Shown here piece by piece: positions 39,667 through 54,674 of a stretch of DNA of 64,000 bases (its first letter is position 1; each line of letters begins with the position of its first letter). The stretch comes from Eledone cirrhosa. Its lineage: Eukaryota. A program made the translations under genes and the position numbers. Under the pieces are notes generated by a model, which had not been told where the DNA came from, did not search any database, and worked only from the letters and a program-made list of their open reading frames with translations. The DNA is taken from the NCBI GenBank assembly GCA_964016885.1, contig OZ024740.1, positions 187,364,001-187,428,000 of the forward strand, given 5' to 3'.

Positions 39667-39795
39667 TGTCATTGATTCAAAGATATTTTTATATGATAAA
39701 AATATCTCAGAAAGATACTTTTATGATGTAATGTCTTTATTTTATGGCAAAATATCTTTCTGAGGTATTTTTATAGGAAAAATATCTTTTAGACA
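39667..39795. repeat. Imperfect ~130-bp palindrome (MITE-like)
   Basis: ATAAAAATATCTCAGAAAGATA pairs with TATCTTTCTGAGGTATTTTTAT; outer AAAGATATTTTT pairs with AAAAATATCTTT. Confidence 0.65.
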
Positions 39796-40040
39796 ATTGA
39801 GAGTGAAAAATATTGAAGAGATAGGCTCAAATATTTCCAAGAATTTATCTTGTCAAACTGACCAGCAGCGGCAGCAGACTATTTCTATTTTGGTAATCTT
39901 ATATGAAGTCATTCATATAAATATTTTGAAATCTGAAAGTAAGGCTGGCGAAGTATATTACTCTCCAAATAATTTACTACAATCTCAAACTCTAGGAGTG
40001 CATGAAATAAAAAAACACAACTGGAAATTAAACTTGTCAT

Positions 40041-40140
40041 CAGGGCCAGACTTTCACCTGCTGAGGCCCGTCTGCAAAAACATGTGGGTAAAAAAAATTT
40101 AAATAATTATATAGGACTTTTATTTTTGATATTAATGTTA

Positions 40141-40171
<31 letters not shown>

Positions 40172-40294
40172 ATGATTTAGTGTTAAAGAATAAAAACTAA
40201 TGATAAAATGAAAATATATTTTTGAAAATGAAGCCCCTGAGGGTGTGTGCCCCTAAGCTATAGCTTATTTAGCTTATAGGTAAGTCCAGCATTG
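40041..40294. mobile_element. hAT-type MITE with 8-bp TSD (other copies 48920-49103 inverted, partial 30585-30702)
   Basis: TIRs CAGGGCCAGACT / AGTCCAGCATTG. TSD CTTGTCAT at 40033-40040 and 40295-40302. Confidence 0.85.
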
Positions 40295-42054
40295 CTTGTC
40301 ATGAGCTAATCATCATGATAATATTTCAAATTCTCATTAGCAAATTTAGGTACAGAATCTGTAAAGTTCTATAATCCTTTGTTGGATAAGTTGTTATCAT
40401 TTAGCTCCAGGTAAACCCTGATTAACCAAACCTATGATTAACTGATTTTCAATTTTTACTTGACATGAATTGGCCTAAGATTTGATAACCAAGACTGTTT
40501 CTCAGTTGTGTGCTTAAAAGGAGGAGTCCACTGGATTATGCAATGGCTGTTAAAATACTATAGTAAATGCCTCTGTAACTGTTGGAATGTAGTCCTTTTT
40601 GCCAAATAGAAATCTTTATAATTTTGATGACTTTTATATAACTATGTTACAAATATTGCTTTTGATTCAACTTTCTTTAAAACATGTTAAAACTAATACT
40701 TGTAACCTACTGTTTCATTCATTGAGCAAAGCTCAAATCTCAAGGTAAAAATAACTGATATCTATCAGTCTATCTTTCTGACTTCAGTAAGAAAAGATAG
40801 AGCCAGAGAAGTACGAGAGAGATCGAGTAAGTGAAAGTGGGATGAGGAGAGGAAATGTGTGATGTCCAAATGAATATCTTCCACCTTCAACTAACTTACC
40901 ATCTGCCTTTGGATACTGGCTGACAGGATGGAGAATACATTGCCCTAGAGGATGGCAAGGTAGACATGCTAAGTTGTTAATGTGATGTGAACCAGTGCAC
41001 ATTTAGATTGTAAGCAAGAATCATATCAATTTCGTCAGCATGAGTTCTAAAAGTACATCATACTTTCAAGCTATTCATCTTATACTTAATATTTCTTTGT
41101 AACAATACATCATTTTCACTAATTATTTCTCATCATGTACCAAGTTTATTCCCAGTTCTATATACTCATTACAAATAATTACATAGAACTGTAAAAGAAA
41201 GAACATGTTGCCAGAAGACAAATAGAAAATAGAATCATAGTTCTGTTTCATAAAAGATGAAAATAAAAGGGAAAACATGGTCATAAAACAACAGAGAAGT
41301 ATAAGAGAAATAGTTCCTTGATAACTGAATATCATATGTAGCCTCATTTTCAAAGTAGAAAATATTGAAAGCCAGGAGAACAAATTCTTAATAATAATCA
41401 AGCAAAAACAGATGATTGAAAATGGTCCAAGAATAGCATGGTAATCATATTTGATTTCCAAGGAATTCGCATTGTAATCATATTTGACAATATAATAATT
41501 ATTCAATTATCATATATATTTGATTGATATTTCCATATATTATACAATGTAAGACTACCTGTTTTATATATTCTTTTACTTACCTTTAGTGTTAGGTATT
41601 CTGTTTTGTTTACTTTTTGGCAAGATCCAGTTGATATTTCAGAAATGTATATATCTATTTGTTTGTTATGTAGCAATATACAAGATAACCTCACTAGATT
41701 TGTTGCCATAATAAAATGCATTCTGTAAAGTGGTTTGTGATTGAACAGAGACAAAGAAGGATCAAAAGAACCCTTTAGTACTACTGACGACATAATAGCT
41801 TTTCTAATGCTAAAATATCAATACAAAAAGAACATTGAACTGTAGAAACCATGACAAAAACGGAAGTCCAAGCAAAATGTGATCTTTTAACACATCTATG
41901 AAAACATTTGCTCCAAATAAGAACTGACTCTGACTGTGAAAATCCATCAAATCCATATAGTTTTCTCATTCTGAAGAACAAAATAAAAAATAATGAAATC
42001 TGCAACAAATATTTGAACACATGTGTGGACCCCCCTCCTTCTACCTTCACATAA

Positions 42055-43790
42055 AAGTAGGCCCTGATGTACTCCTACTTGTATCTGGAATTCCTCACTA
42101 AACTCCATTCCTACTCTCACTTTACTGACAGCACCTCTGTATATAGCTTGCACTGTCCTCACAAGCCATTCCTCAACACCTAGTTTCCTTAGGGACCACC
42201 AGATGACAAATCGGGGTACCCTATCAAAGGCCTTCTCTAGGTCAACAAAAGCTAAGTATAGTGGCTCAGTCTTCTCTAAGAACCTCTCTTGTAGTTGTCT
42301 CACTAAGAAGAGGGCATCTGTTGTACTTTTCCCAAGCACAAATCCAAACTGCATCTCATCTAATTTGACCCTTTCTTCAATTAGTTGCACTAATATTCTT
42401 TCTGTCACTTTCATAACCTGATCAATCAGTTTTATGCCCCTATAATTGCTCCTCTCCAGAGAATTCCCTTTACCTTTGTAGTAATTTATGAGAATACTGC
42501 TGCACAAGTCTTTGGGTATGACTCTGCCATATGTAGCTTGATTGATGATGCTTGCAGCCAGTTTAGTACCTACTTCTCCTGATGCCTTCAGCATCTCAGC
42601 AACTATCCCCGATGGTCCCGCGGCCTTACCATTTTTCATTTCTATAATTGCCTCTTAGACACTATATTCGTCAATCTCAATAGCTGGCGGGTCTACTAGG
42701 AGTAGTTTCTCTCTTCCCCATTCATTCTCCACATTCATTAGTCTCTCATAATGACATTTCCAGGCCTCATTTTTCTGATCATTAGTGAAACTAAGTACAC
42801 CAGCATCATTTCGGACACACTTATCTCCAACAACATTCTTATTTACACTGACACACTGCCTTGCAGTGTGGAACACTGCATGTCTCTGATCAGGACATTG
42901 GCAAACCTCCTACTCTCAGCCTCCCTGCATGCTAAGTACACCTGACGTCTAGCTTCTCTCTTAGTGGCTATGTATCGGTCTCTACTCCAACCATTTTTCC
43001 AAGCATTTCATACTAGTCTTTTGTCTCTAATAGCCCTATCTACTGTGCTGTTCCACCACCAGGTCACTCTCTGTGTGGTCGGAGGTCTGCTCCAGCCACC
43101 AGTTTCTTCAGTAGCCTGCAGTAAGTTGTCACATAAGAAATTCCAGTTATCATCTATGTCATACGATTCTAAATTGTCTTCTTTCTCGTCATACACATTT
43201 TGAAGGGCTTTCCTAAATTTATATTTTAGTGAAAGGTCTTTTAGCTTCCAGACTTCCTTTTCCACACATTCCTGTATGTCTAATTTTGTCTCTTGTTTAC
43301 TGAGATGTCACTAACGACTAACCTATGCTGTGGGGTACATTCTTCAACTGGGTATGCCTTAGTATTTGACACCATCTGTCTGTTTCGATGCCTAACTAGC
43401 AAGAAGTCAATCTGGCTTATGTACTCGCCTGATTTGTAGGTTTTTAGGTGGTTGGTAGGTTTCTTGAAGTTAGTGTTGCAAATGGTTAGTGCACTTGCAT
43501 CACAAAATTCAAGAAGCCTCACTCCTTCGTTTCTTCAGCCTTAACTCTGCCCACCATGTACTCAAGTGTATCCATCCTGGAGCTGTCCAACATGACCATT
43601 GAAGTCCCCTGCTAGCATAACGATGTCTCTGTCCTCTGTCATTGTGGCTGTTTCTAAAAGTTGCTTGTAAAAGCAGTCTTTCTCTTCTTTACCTAGACCC
43701 GCCTGGGGAGCATAGGTAGAGATGATTGCCTACAACTAATCTAATGTTAATTACTCTATCACTGACTCTAACTACCTCTATTGTCTTATC
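42055..43790 (-). mobile_element. Degraded RTE LINE segment, from the APE endonuclease C-half to RT motif B
   Basis: AYAPQAG, GDFNGHVG, SQIDF..QHRLV, TWWWN, KAAGPSG, NYRGIKL, MQFGF, AFVDLEKAFDRVP, GVHQG. Confidence 0.88.
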
Positions 43791-43949
43791 AATCCATCTC
43801 TCAGCCAGTAAAATTTATTGTTGTGCGATTGCTTGATGACGGTTGGGGGTTCTCACACATGGCCGCACCAGCCACCCCACTACCATGCGCAGCCCTAACA
43901 CGGTTAGTGTTATTGCTGTTTACACAGTTATTGCAATATCTATATATAT

Positions 43950-44002
<53 letters not shown>

Positions 44003-44007
44003 AGAAA

Positions 44008-44256
44008 ACGATCAACAAGATCCCAGACCTCATTCGCTTACCAAGTGAGGTAGAACTCATGAAATCAGACCAAGGAAATAATATTTCCATTGGTCTTTCC
44101 ATAGCTGATACTATGTACCAGTCGCAACTCCTGGCAGAATGAGCAATGTGAAATAAAGTATCTTGCTGAAAGAAATAACACATCACCAACTCTGGGAATC
44201 AAACTCACAATGTCATAATTGCAAATTCAACTCTTTAACCACTAAGTCATGCACCA
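44008..44256 (-). mobile_element. tRNA-derived SINE variant with a different tail (also 62517-62757 -, fragments 35130-35275 +, 36431-36520 +, 48260-48382 -, 32130-32385 -)
   Basis: Shared head (..AACCACTAAG on + strand) and central GCAATGTGAAATAAAGTGTCTTGCT motif. Confidence 0.72.
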
Positions 44257-44270
44257 TCACAATACACACA

Positions 44271-44389
<119 letters not shown>

Positions 44390-44958
44390 TCCTTTTTTGT
44401 AATACTAACAATATAAAGTAATTTATTATCACATGAATCATTTGATAGCTGTCATTCCACAATAAACTGGATGATATCTCATTTAGAAAAGTTACTAATT
44501 CAAAAAGAGTATTGGATAACAAATTTGTAATACTTAGATTGTGATCTGTGATTTAATATAGTCATTCATTTAAGAATAGCCTGTTCCATAAGTTTGCTAT
44601 ATTTGTGTAGTATTGTTTTTTTTTTACTTTCTTATCTGATTTAAATGTCCATTTAAATGTTTTACACTCATGCACACACACAGTTATATGTATGTGTATA
44701 TCTATATATATGATGATGATGATGATATATGTAAAAAAAAAAAAAAAATATATATATATATACGTATATATAGATATATATGTACATAAAATGATGATGA
44801 TGATAATGATAATATATATATGTACATATATCTATATATATATATATGTATATACGAACAATAACACTATATATATATATATGTATATATATATATGTAA
44901 ATATATATGTATAATATGTACATGTACATATATCTCTATATATATGTGTATATATATA

Positions 44959-44999
<41 letters not shown>

Positions 45000-46994
45000 A
45001 TACTATTATATATGCATGATTATACACACACACACACACACATGTATATATATATATATGTGTGTGTCTGTGTGTATAAATGCATGTGTGTGTGCATGTG
45101 GTTTCCTATCAGCCTTATTTACTACTGATCTGGACTGGATGGATGGACTAACTTACAAAATATCTCAAGATTGATTGCACTATAGGTATTCGCTGCACTG
45201 TTGCAGCCTAAAAACTGCTAAATAATTTTACCAATAATGCAGCAGCTAGAGCTAAGCTATACATTACATGGTAACAATTACTTTTAATCAATCTGTTTGG
45301 AAACGTGTAGCTTAGCTAGATTTAATTACAACTTAGGTATTCTTTTAATTGGATTCATTAAGTTGGTAAATGAAAGCAAGGTGCCATAACCATGGCTTTG
45401 GAACAGTTAAGATTAAGTTACAATCAATGATACTAGTAGATTACTGACTTAATTTCTGCTTAGTTACTACAGATTTATTGAAGTACAAAATGAATGGTAT
45501 TTTTCTTTTGATTATAGCTTTTTATGTGTTTGTTTTCTTCAATATTAATAATACCAGTATTGCATTTTCATTTAACACATTCTTTTTTTATCATTTTAAA
45601 AATTCTATTTTACATCTGAATGATTGAGACAAATTTCCAAAATTCTTGATCATAACGTTTTAAATACCAACTTGATTAAATTGTTGTTTAAATCGCTTAT
45701 AATGATATGAAATCATAGATAATCATCATCATCAATTTTTCCTGTCTACCAAATCACTTTCTTCTTCTTCTTCTTCTTCTTTTTCTTTTTCTCATTCTTC
45801 TTCTTCTTTTTCTTTTTCTTTTTCTTTTTCTTTTTATTCTTCTTCTTCTTCACTTAAAAAACCACCTACCTACTAGCTGGCAATGAAATTTGTTTTCATC
45901 CATAGTTGATATCAAAAAAGACCTCTAGTTGTTGTAAATGATGAATTTACCTTTCCACTAATATTGAATAGAATCCCATGTAGGAGAAAGCAAAAAAAAC
46001 ATTATTGCTCTCTTCCCCAACTCAATTTAATACAATAAATTACAATACATTTTCTCATTTAATCTATCGCTTGCTACACACCTACAAAATCTGGATGCCT
46101 TCAAAAGAATATACTTTACTTGAAAATATATTTAATGTAAACAAGTCACGACCTTATATATTCCAACTAATGGCAATTTTATTGAATCTTACTATTTATA
46201 TCATGGTACATCATTAAATAAAGGAAAAAAAACAAGGAAAAATATTTCGAAAAAAACATGGAAAAACATGTTTCAGATTCTAATAAGCCCATACAATGCT
46301 ATTATTTTCAGAATTAATTAATTTTTCAATTTTCTGATTTCATGTGTTCATGATATTATGGAATAGTTATAAGAATGTCACACGATAAACTATTTCATTT
46401 AATATACCTCCCAAAACAACAATTTAGCAAATTCAGATTTTAAGCGTCTAGATAATATAGAACTACACTCACTGTAAAGGATTTAATAGTGTTTGTGGTG
46501 TGATACATTTAAAAATTATTGAGTATCAATAAAGAGTTGACATCACCTATCAGTTTATTGCATGTAGAGGTAAGGAGAAAAAATATTAATAGTAAATTAC
46601 AAAATTATCTACATTATTATTCTCCTTGTCACGATATGCGCTCAACTTTTACACTTTAAATAACCTTAACTATAAAATGAAATCGAAGACATAATTGAAA
46701 TCTCTAACATAATGAACTCAGTGCAAATGTTATGCTTTAAAGAATCTTATCTAAAAAAAGAAATCAAGTGTTATTGTTTTAAGGAAGTTTAACTAAGGAA
46801 CAAAATTGAAGACAATCAAAATGTTTAGCCTAATAAAACAAGTTCATATCTCACACTTTCATCTACTTTAACTATCAAATGAAATCAAAGACATAATCAG
46901 AATCTCTAACGTAGTGAAATAATGCTATGTAGATAAATAAATTTATTTATCAAAATACAAATAAGAATAAATCTTATGAATGTTTAAAATCTGA

Positions 46995-47200
46995 AAATGA
47001 GATAGCCCAATGCAGAAAATAACTCTAATAACAGTCAATCACTATAAATAATAGTTGAAAAAATTGAGTAAATTACTCTAAGAGATGTACTTCTGTCCAC
47101 TTTTTCCATCTTTAATGGTGATTTACTCAATTTTCTCAAAAATTATTTATAGTGATTGACTGTTATTACAATTATTTTCAGTATTTGGAAATCTCACATA
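46995..47200. repeat. Imperfect ~200-bp palindrome (MITE-like)
   Basis: TAATAACAGTCAATCACTATAAATAAT pairs exactly with ATTATTTATAGTGATTGACTGTTATTA, and the flanks extend the stem. Confidence 0.75.
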
Positions 47201-49349
47201 TTCAAATAGAAATAAGAACATTTATGTAATGGGGAATCTCTACAGGTTCTGCTGGGTAAAGTATTATTGAAATTGCGCTATAGATGGATATTATTATCAT
47301 TCTGGTTCCCCGAAATGAGTATACCTTAGATTGATGTAATTGATGGTGTTAACATTCTGCTCAAATAATTCTTTCTACGTTAGGCACAAGGCCAGCAATT
47401 ACCCAGTGCATTACTGGTACTTTATTTTATCGATGCCGTAAGGATGAAAGGCAAAGTCAACCTTGGTGGGATTTGAACTCAGATTGTAAAGGGACGTAAC
47501 TATGCTGGAAAGCATGGCGTCCGATCCTCTACTGATACTGCCAATCCATGGCAAGACAACAGCTGTGGGAAAAATATATGGAGGAAAGGAGAACTAGAAA
47601 GTCAGTGTTCTAGAGAGGAAGGACTGGCTATTGTGGTTAGTGCAGAGCCTTTTGTGTTGGATATCATATTGGAGATGAGAGGAGGAGGGATAAGTGAGTA
47701 AAAAAAGGCTGGAAGGAAATGGCAAAAATTTAGCCAGTCCAAGAAGATGCTACCAGAAGTTGCTGGTAGAAAAAGAAGAGAAAAGAGAGAGGAAACAGTA
47801 TGTCACTAGACCAGAGGTTGGAGTGTGTTGGCAAGCAGCTTCATACCAATTGGACATGGTCAAGGATGTCTGTATGTGTAGCATTAGCACATTGCCAGAT
47901 GTGGGAGTAGTATTGAATTGTGGGTTTTGGACTTCCTTTAGACATGGTCTAGAATGTCTGTATGTGTAGCATGACCACTGCCAGTTGTGGGAGTAGTACA
48001 AAATTGTGGGTCTTGTCTAAACTTTATATATAGTAGTTAGTGGAAGTTGGAAGTATTTTTCTGGTCCCAAAGAGGAAGGTTAGTTTTTGCAGTGAAGTCT
48101 TTACATCTTTGCTATACTGAGAATAAGTGTTCCAAATTATTTGATAAAACAAACAGGCAGCTCGTGATATTAACTTCCATTTGGCTGAACATTCTACAGT
48201 CATGTGTACCTTTAACATAGTTCTCATGTGATGCGGCTGGCCATACACATTACAAGTACACATCACTTTTGCCAGCTCAGTGGATTGGAGCAATGTGAAA
48301 TAGAAAATCTTGCTCAATGACATGAAGCACTGCCAGGATTTCATGATCATCAGCTGAATACCCTAACCACTAAGCTATTTGCCCACACATACATACATAT
48401 ATACTTATGAATTTTATCTTCTTCTGGAATAGTAATTTCTTATATTTTTGTCAATCTCTCTTGCCTTCAGTCTCCTATTATTTATTTCTGTCTTTGTGAA
48501 TTGTACAGCTATTTATAGGAGAAACCAGGTGTTCTTTTTTAAAGGTAGCCAACTGAAAGGCTCTCTTTTATCTAATGAAACTCTGAAACAGCTGATCATG
48601 TTCTTGTCAACAACATACTTTTATTTTTATATTTTTCTCTTTGTTAATGCTAAAGTAGAAAAAGTAGCTACAAGAAGACAATAACAACAACAACAACAAA
48701 TAACAATAGTTAACAATAGTTGACAGAGGAGGTTTACAACTTCTCATTAGTTAGTATTTCATTAATCATGTTTATGATTATCATACAAGAGTGGTGAAGT
48801 GACAGAAATGGTATAACATCATTCTAAATGCTTTGTAGTATTTATTTACATCACCCTAGATAATGAGTTCAAAACTTCACCATGAAAAACATAAATGTTT
48901 GCCTTCCATTATTGATTGTCAGAGATGGACTTACCAATAAGCTAAATAAGCTATAGCTTAGGACCACACACTCTAATAAATAATATACATATTATTTATT
49001 CTTTACTGTTAATATTAATATAAAAATAATAATTATATTTCTTTAGATAATGGCCTCAAATGTCATATAGTTTAAGGCCTCAGCATGTGAAAGTTTGGCC
49101 CTGCTGGTTGGGTTGATAAAACAAGCATCAGTCATAAACTAAAGTTGATTCAAATCATTAAAATGCTCTCCTTGTACCAATGAAAAACTATTATTATTAT
49201 TATTATTATATAGAGTTAATGAGGCAGCCTGTACATGATTGCTCAAATTCTTAAATAAAGAACAGCCAAACCACCCTTAGATTACACTACTATTGTCTTT
49301 TAAAATGGAAAGATATATTAAATAACATCATCTTGGTTACAGTAGTTAT

Positions 49350-49700
49350 CATCATCGCTTTTTTTAAAATTCCACTGTTCCTCATGCACACAGATTTGAC
49401 AGGACCATATCAACACAGATTCTCTCCACTTGTCATGTTCCTTCATTATCTTCTCTGTGAATCTCAACTATTTCAGATCAGCTGTCACCACCTCCATGCA
49501 GATCTTCATTGGTAAAACTCTACTGTGGTTTCCTACCACTGAGATATCCGATCACTTCATCATCTATGCACATCATAAGTCCATACCAATGCAGTCCTTT
49601 CTCTTGCCGACCCCATCGTATTCCTCTTAAACCCAGTTTCTTTTTCGGTTCATCCACGTTCTGCCTTTTTCTCACATTTACACTGCTCTCCAGCTAATGC
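49350..49700 (-). mobile_element. Old degraded RTE 3' fragment (second piece 49910-50030)
   Basis: Minus-strand remnant of P-x-K-x-W-x-EVV-x-ADL followed by an RTE-like tail. Confidence 0.5.
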
Positions 49701-52248
49701 ATGTCTTAAAGTATAGAAAAAATTGAACTGGATGTTCATGGCTAGAATTCTTTTGACTATACACCTCAGTCAAGGCTGAGCTGGGACTAACCACCAACAA
49801 TAAATGCTACTTTATCTATTATGTAAAATATTAACGATATAAATAATATTGAACAATAAAATCCTTATATAACATCATTTTATTAGAAGTGACATCCAGA
49901 AAAATGCACGCAACTGGGTTGGATGGGTTCTTTTCAGCACAGCATCTCTTCACTTGTCACATTCCTTCATTATCTCTGTGAATCCCAGCAATTTGAGATC
50001 AGCTCTCACCACCTCCACCCAAGTCTATAACCCATGAAGGCTATAGCAAGATTTGAACTGAGAAGGCAAAGACCCCTGAACAAAGATGAAAAGCCAAGCT
50101 AACCTTGATATGATTTGAACACAGAATGAAGAGAGCCAGAACATTACTCACAGCCATTTTGTTCTACACGCTAATGACATTGTGATTTGTTAATTCCATT
50201 ATAGGAACTCACATCAAAATCTTCATATCCTTTCTGAAATTTCAAATAAGCTTCTGGTATAAGAAAATAAAGTTAATTTGCTCTGTTTCTGCTACACCCT
50301 AAGTAATTTCCCTGTAATAGATATTTTATAATTAGCTGCTAGCCACTGTACAACACATATCTACACTGTAAGCATTTAAAATAGCATACCCAAGCTTTCT
50401 CATTCATCTGATAGAATTTGTATTAATGCAGTTAATGGACAAGAAATAAAATTGTTGCAAATATCCAATATCTTTTTACTAATTTATTATTTTACCTGTT
50501 TCATTCATTGAACTGAGGCATTGCTTTTAATGGCATACTGGGGCATTGCTTTTAATGGCATCAATCATCATCATCATCATCATTTCATTTTACGTCCGCT
50601 TTTTCCCTGCTTGCAAGGGTGGGACGGGAACTGATTCTGGCTTGATTTCTACAGCTGGATGCCCTTACTAACACCAACCTCATTTACAGTGAGTGCTGGG
50701 TGCTTTTTTGCTGTGGCACCTACACGACCACTTTGCAGTGGAATGATAGGGAACCCAGTCCCTATCATCTCATTTCTACAGCTGAGTAAACTGGAGCAAT
50801 GTGAAATAAAGTGTCTTGCTCAAGGAAACAACACATCACCCGGTCTGAGAATTGAACTCACAACCTTTCGATTGCAAGGCCAATGCTCTAACCACTAAGC
50901 CATGTGCCTCACAATTTATTTTCTCAACTGGTAATTATTTTATCAACAACTGTAGAGTCAAAATCAAAGTAGGTTTGAGTGGAAATTGAATTCAGAATAT
51001 AAAGGGTGTGTCTAATTATCACAGAATATTTAATCTGATGTGTTAAAGATTGACTTACCATAATTATTTTGTTGCTGACATATTTTTTTTTCAATTCAAG
51101 AATAAACTTTAATAGCAATAAATGCAATTGGTGTTAAGAAGGTTATCAAATCATATGTCATAAATATTTCACTCCATAAATAAACATACACACTCACATA
51201 CATACACACATACATACACACGCATACACCCACATACACACATACACTCACATACTCACATTAATACAGAAACACACACACTTGTGAAGGTTTTTTTTTT
51301 TTTGTATCAAGAAGTAATATTTCTTAATTCCAATTATGGAGAGACTGGACAGGAGGAGAAGGATGACGATAATGATGACATCAAAATTGATGGTGGTCGT
51401 CGTAGTATTGGTGACAAGAATGATAATGATGATGAGAGCAACAACTATGATGATGCTCAGAATGATGATAATTAGGACAATAAAAAGAATGATGATGAGG
51501 ATGATGATGATGGTGGTGGTGATGATAATGAAGAGGAGGTGGAGGAGGATGATAGTTTTAGTAGATGGCATGAAAGCTGAATAGAAACGTCATTGAAAAG
51601 ATGGTTTCTTCTTTTTTCACTTTTAATTTTTTCCAATTAAATTTGTGCATATATACTAATATATATATATATGTATATGCATATGTACATATGTACGGGG
51701 TCCTACTCATTCCTATTACCCACTCTACTACCCTAAGTATTGAGTACTTTGGTGCGTTATGGTCCACCTGGTTCCTTACCACATTTCCTTTGTTATATAT
51801 ATATATATATCATCAGCATCATCACTGTTTTACGTCCGTTCTTCCACGCTAGCATGTGTTAGACAGGTTGTCCTGTTGTGGCCAGTGTCCGGTCAGATGA
51901 CCTTGTCTTGCTCATACGGGAACTGATTCTGGCTTGATTTCTAGAGCTGGAAGCCCTTCCTAACACCAACCTCATTTGCACTGAGTCCTGAGTGTTTTTT
52001 TTCCGTGTCACCTACATGTGCACTTTACAGTGTGGGCTGGGTGCTTTTTTGTCATGGCACCTCCATGACCACTTTGAATGATGGGGACCCCAGTCCCATC
52101 ATCTCATTTCTACAGCTGAGTAAACTAGAGCAATGTGAAATAAAGTGTCTTGCTCAAGGAAACAACATATCACCCGGTCCGAGAATTGAACTCACAACCT
52201 TTCGATTGCAAGCCCAATGCTGTAACCACTAAGCCATGCGTATGTATG

Positions 52249-52300
<52 letters not shown>

Positions 52301-52353
52301 TAAACAAATAATGAATAAACAATAAAACAGTTCCTTATATTAAACAAAAAAAG

Positions 52354-52507
52354 TTCATTATTTAACGATCGTTTCTAGGATATATATGTGTTAAAATTGG
52401 CATGCATATTCAACAGATCTATGTACAAAATTATACAAAATTATACAAACTATCAAGATTAAATATACATACCAACACATATATACGCCGTCTTCAGAAA
52501 TAATGAA
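52354..52507 (-). ncRNA. Inverted copy of the 54328-54481 hammerhead
   Basis: Reverse complement within the left arm. Confidence 0.82.
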
Positions 52508-53111
52508 ATATATTTATTGATAATAACAACAATTCAACATTTCAGGTCCGTTTGGGAACAAAATTGACCAATGAAAATACAAAAGGTTTAATGCAGTTCG
52601 GTGTGTGTATATACATGCAACTACCCTTACACATATTTTACAAAAATGCATGCACAACTTGTATACGCATACCAAAAGGATGGATGCAAATACAAAATTT
52701 CAAGGTTAATGTCTCTGTAAGTTTATAATGCACAGATAAGATGCGTATAGACACATAAATATGAAATAAGTGTATATACATATTCACATACTCACACATA
52801 TCCGTACAATCACACACACACGCGCGTATATGCATAAACATACACATAACTACGAACATACAAACACACACACACCCCCACTCATATATATATATGTGGA
52901 TATAAAATCCTAAGCACATGGATATTAATTCACTCACATAAACACTGGCACACACATTTAGATCAAGATACAGAAATTAGGTGGGAGGGGGGGAGAGGTC
53001 AGTATTCAACGGTTTGGGCAGACTGCTTAATATAGATGTATCTATAAACTAAGAAAATAAATGTGTGTGTACATGTATGTATGTGAATGTATGTGTATGT
53101 GTGTGTATGTG

Positions 53112-53172
<61 letters not shown>

Positions 53173-53456
53173 GTATATGTTTCTCTATTTGTATATGTAT
53201 ATGTGTATAGGTATATACCTTTTTCTTTGTATGTCTGAGTTGTGTGAGAGTGTAGTGGTGTTTGTATGTATATACCGATATATAGATGCGTAAGTATTTG
53301 TCTGTATGTATGTATGTATGTCTGTATGTATTTGTGTGTATATATAGGTATGTATGTGTATATCTGTATGTATATAAGTATGTAAGTGTATGTATATGTG
53401 CGTGTATGTGTGTATATATATGTGTGTCTATATAGTATGTGTGATTATATGTGTAT

Positions 53457-53510
<54 letters not shown>

Positions 53511-53656
53511 ATTTATATGTATGTGTGTATATGTATGTATGTGTGTATATGTATATGTTTATATATGTGTGTGTATGTATGTTCTAAGTGTGGATGTGTG
53601 TATATGTATGTATGTGTTTGTATATGTGTATGTATATATATGTGTGTATATATGTG

Positions 53657-53695
<39 letters not shown>

Positions 53696-54327
53696 TTTCT
53701 TGATATATTTCTTTTTTCTTTTTTCTTTTTCTTTTCTTTCCTTTTTAATGTTTATTTATTATTTATTATTTTTTATTTTCTTAGTTTATAGATACATCTA
53801 TATTAAGCAGTCTGCCCAAACCGTTGAATACTGACCTCTCCCCCCCCCTCCCACCTAATTTCTGTATCTTGATCTAAATGTGTGTGCCAGTGTTTATGTG
53901 AGTGAATTAATATCCATGTGCTTAGGATTTTATATCCACATATATATATGTGAGTGGGGGTGTGTGTGTGTTTGTATGTTCGTAGTTATGTGTATGTTTA
54001 TGCATATACGCGCGTGTGTGTGTGATTGTACGGATATGTGTGAGTATGTGAATATGTATATACACTTATTTCATATTTATGTGTCTATACGCATCTTATC
54101 TGTGCATTATAAACTTACAGAGACATTAACCTTGAAATTTTGTATTTGCATCCATCCTTTTGGTATGCGTATACAAGTTGTGCATGCATTTTTGTAAAAT
54201 ATGTGTAAGGGTAGTTGCATGTATATACACACACCGAACTGCATTAAACCTTTTGTATTTTCATTGGTCAATTTTGTTCCCAAACGGACCTGAAATGTTG
54301 AATTGTTGTTATTATCAATAAATATAT

Positions 54328-54481
54328 TTCATTATTTCTGAAGACGGCGTATATATGTGTTGGTATGTATATTTAATCTTGATAGTTTGTATAATTTTGT
54401 ATAATTTTGTACATAGATCTGTTGAATATGCATGCCAATTTTAACACATATATATCCTAGAAACGATCGTTAAATAATGAA
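54328..54481 (+). ncRNA. Type I hammerhead with a ~115-nt stem II domain
   Basis: TTCATTATTT-CTGAAGA-[CGGCG TATATATGTGTT...AACACATATATA TCCTA]-GAAA-CGATCG-TT^AAATAATGAA. Stem I is 10 bp; palindrome AACGATCGTT. Confidence 0.82.
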
Positions 54482-54674
54482 CTTTTTTTGTTTAATATAA
54501 GGAACTGTTTCATTGTTTATTCATTATTTGTTTAATATTTTATCTTGACTCTGTATACCGTTTATCTTTCACCGAAAGTGATTTTTCATTACATCTCTTC
54601 TTTCCATGATATCCGGAATACATTGAGTTCTTCATACGGATTGGACACTACCGTAAATTCTTGGTAGATTTATC

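Noticed and set aside
41123-42050. Octopus chemotactile (Cys-loop) receptor call
   Set aside because: No Cys-loop spacing or other family motif visible; kept only as a low-interest unknown.
51248-51584. Hydrophobic or acidic ORFs (also 62918-63221)
   Set aside because: Degenerate trinucleotide repeats open in several frames.
52638-54197. Duplicated 105-aa ORF on opposite strands
   Set aside because: Low-complexity by-product of the inverted repeat, with no protein motif.
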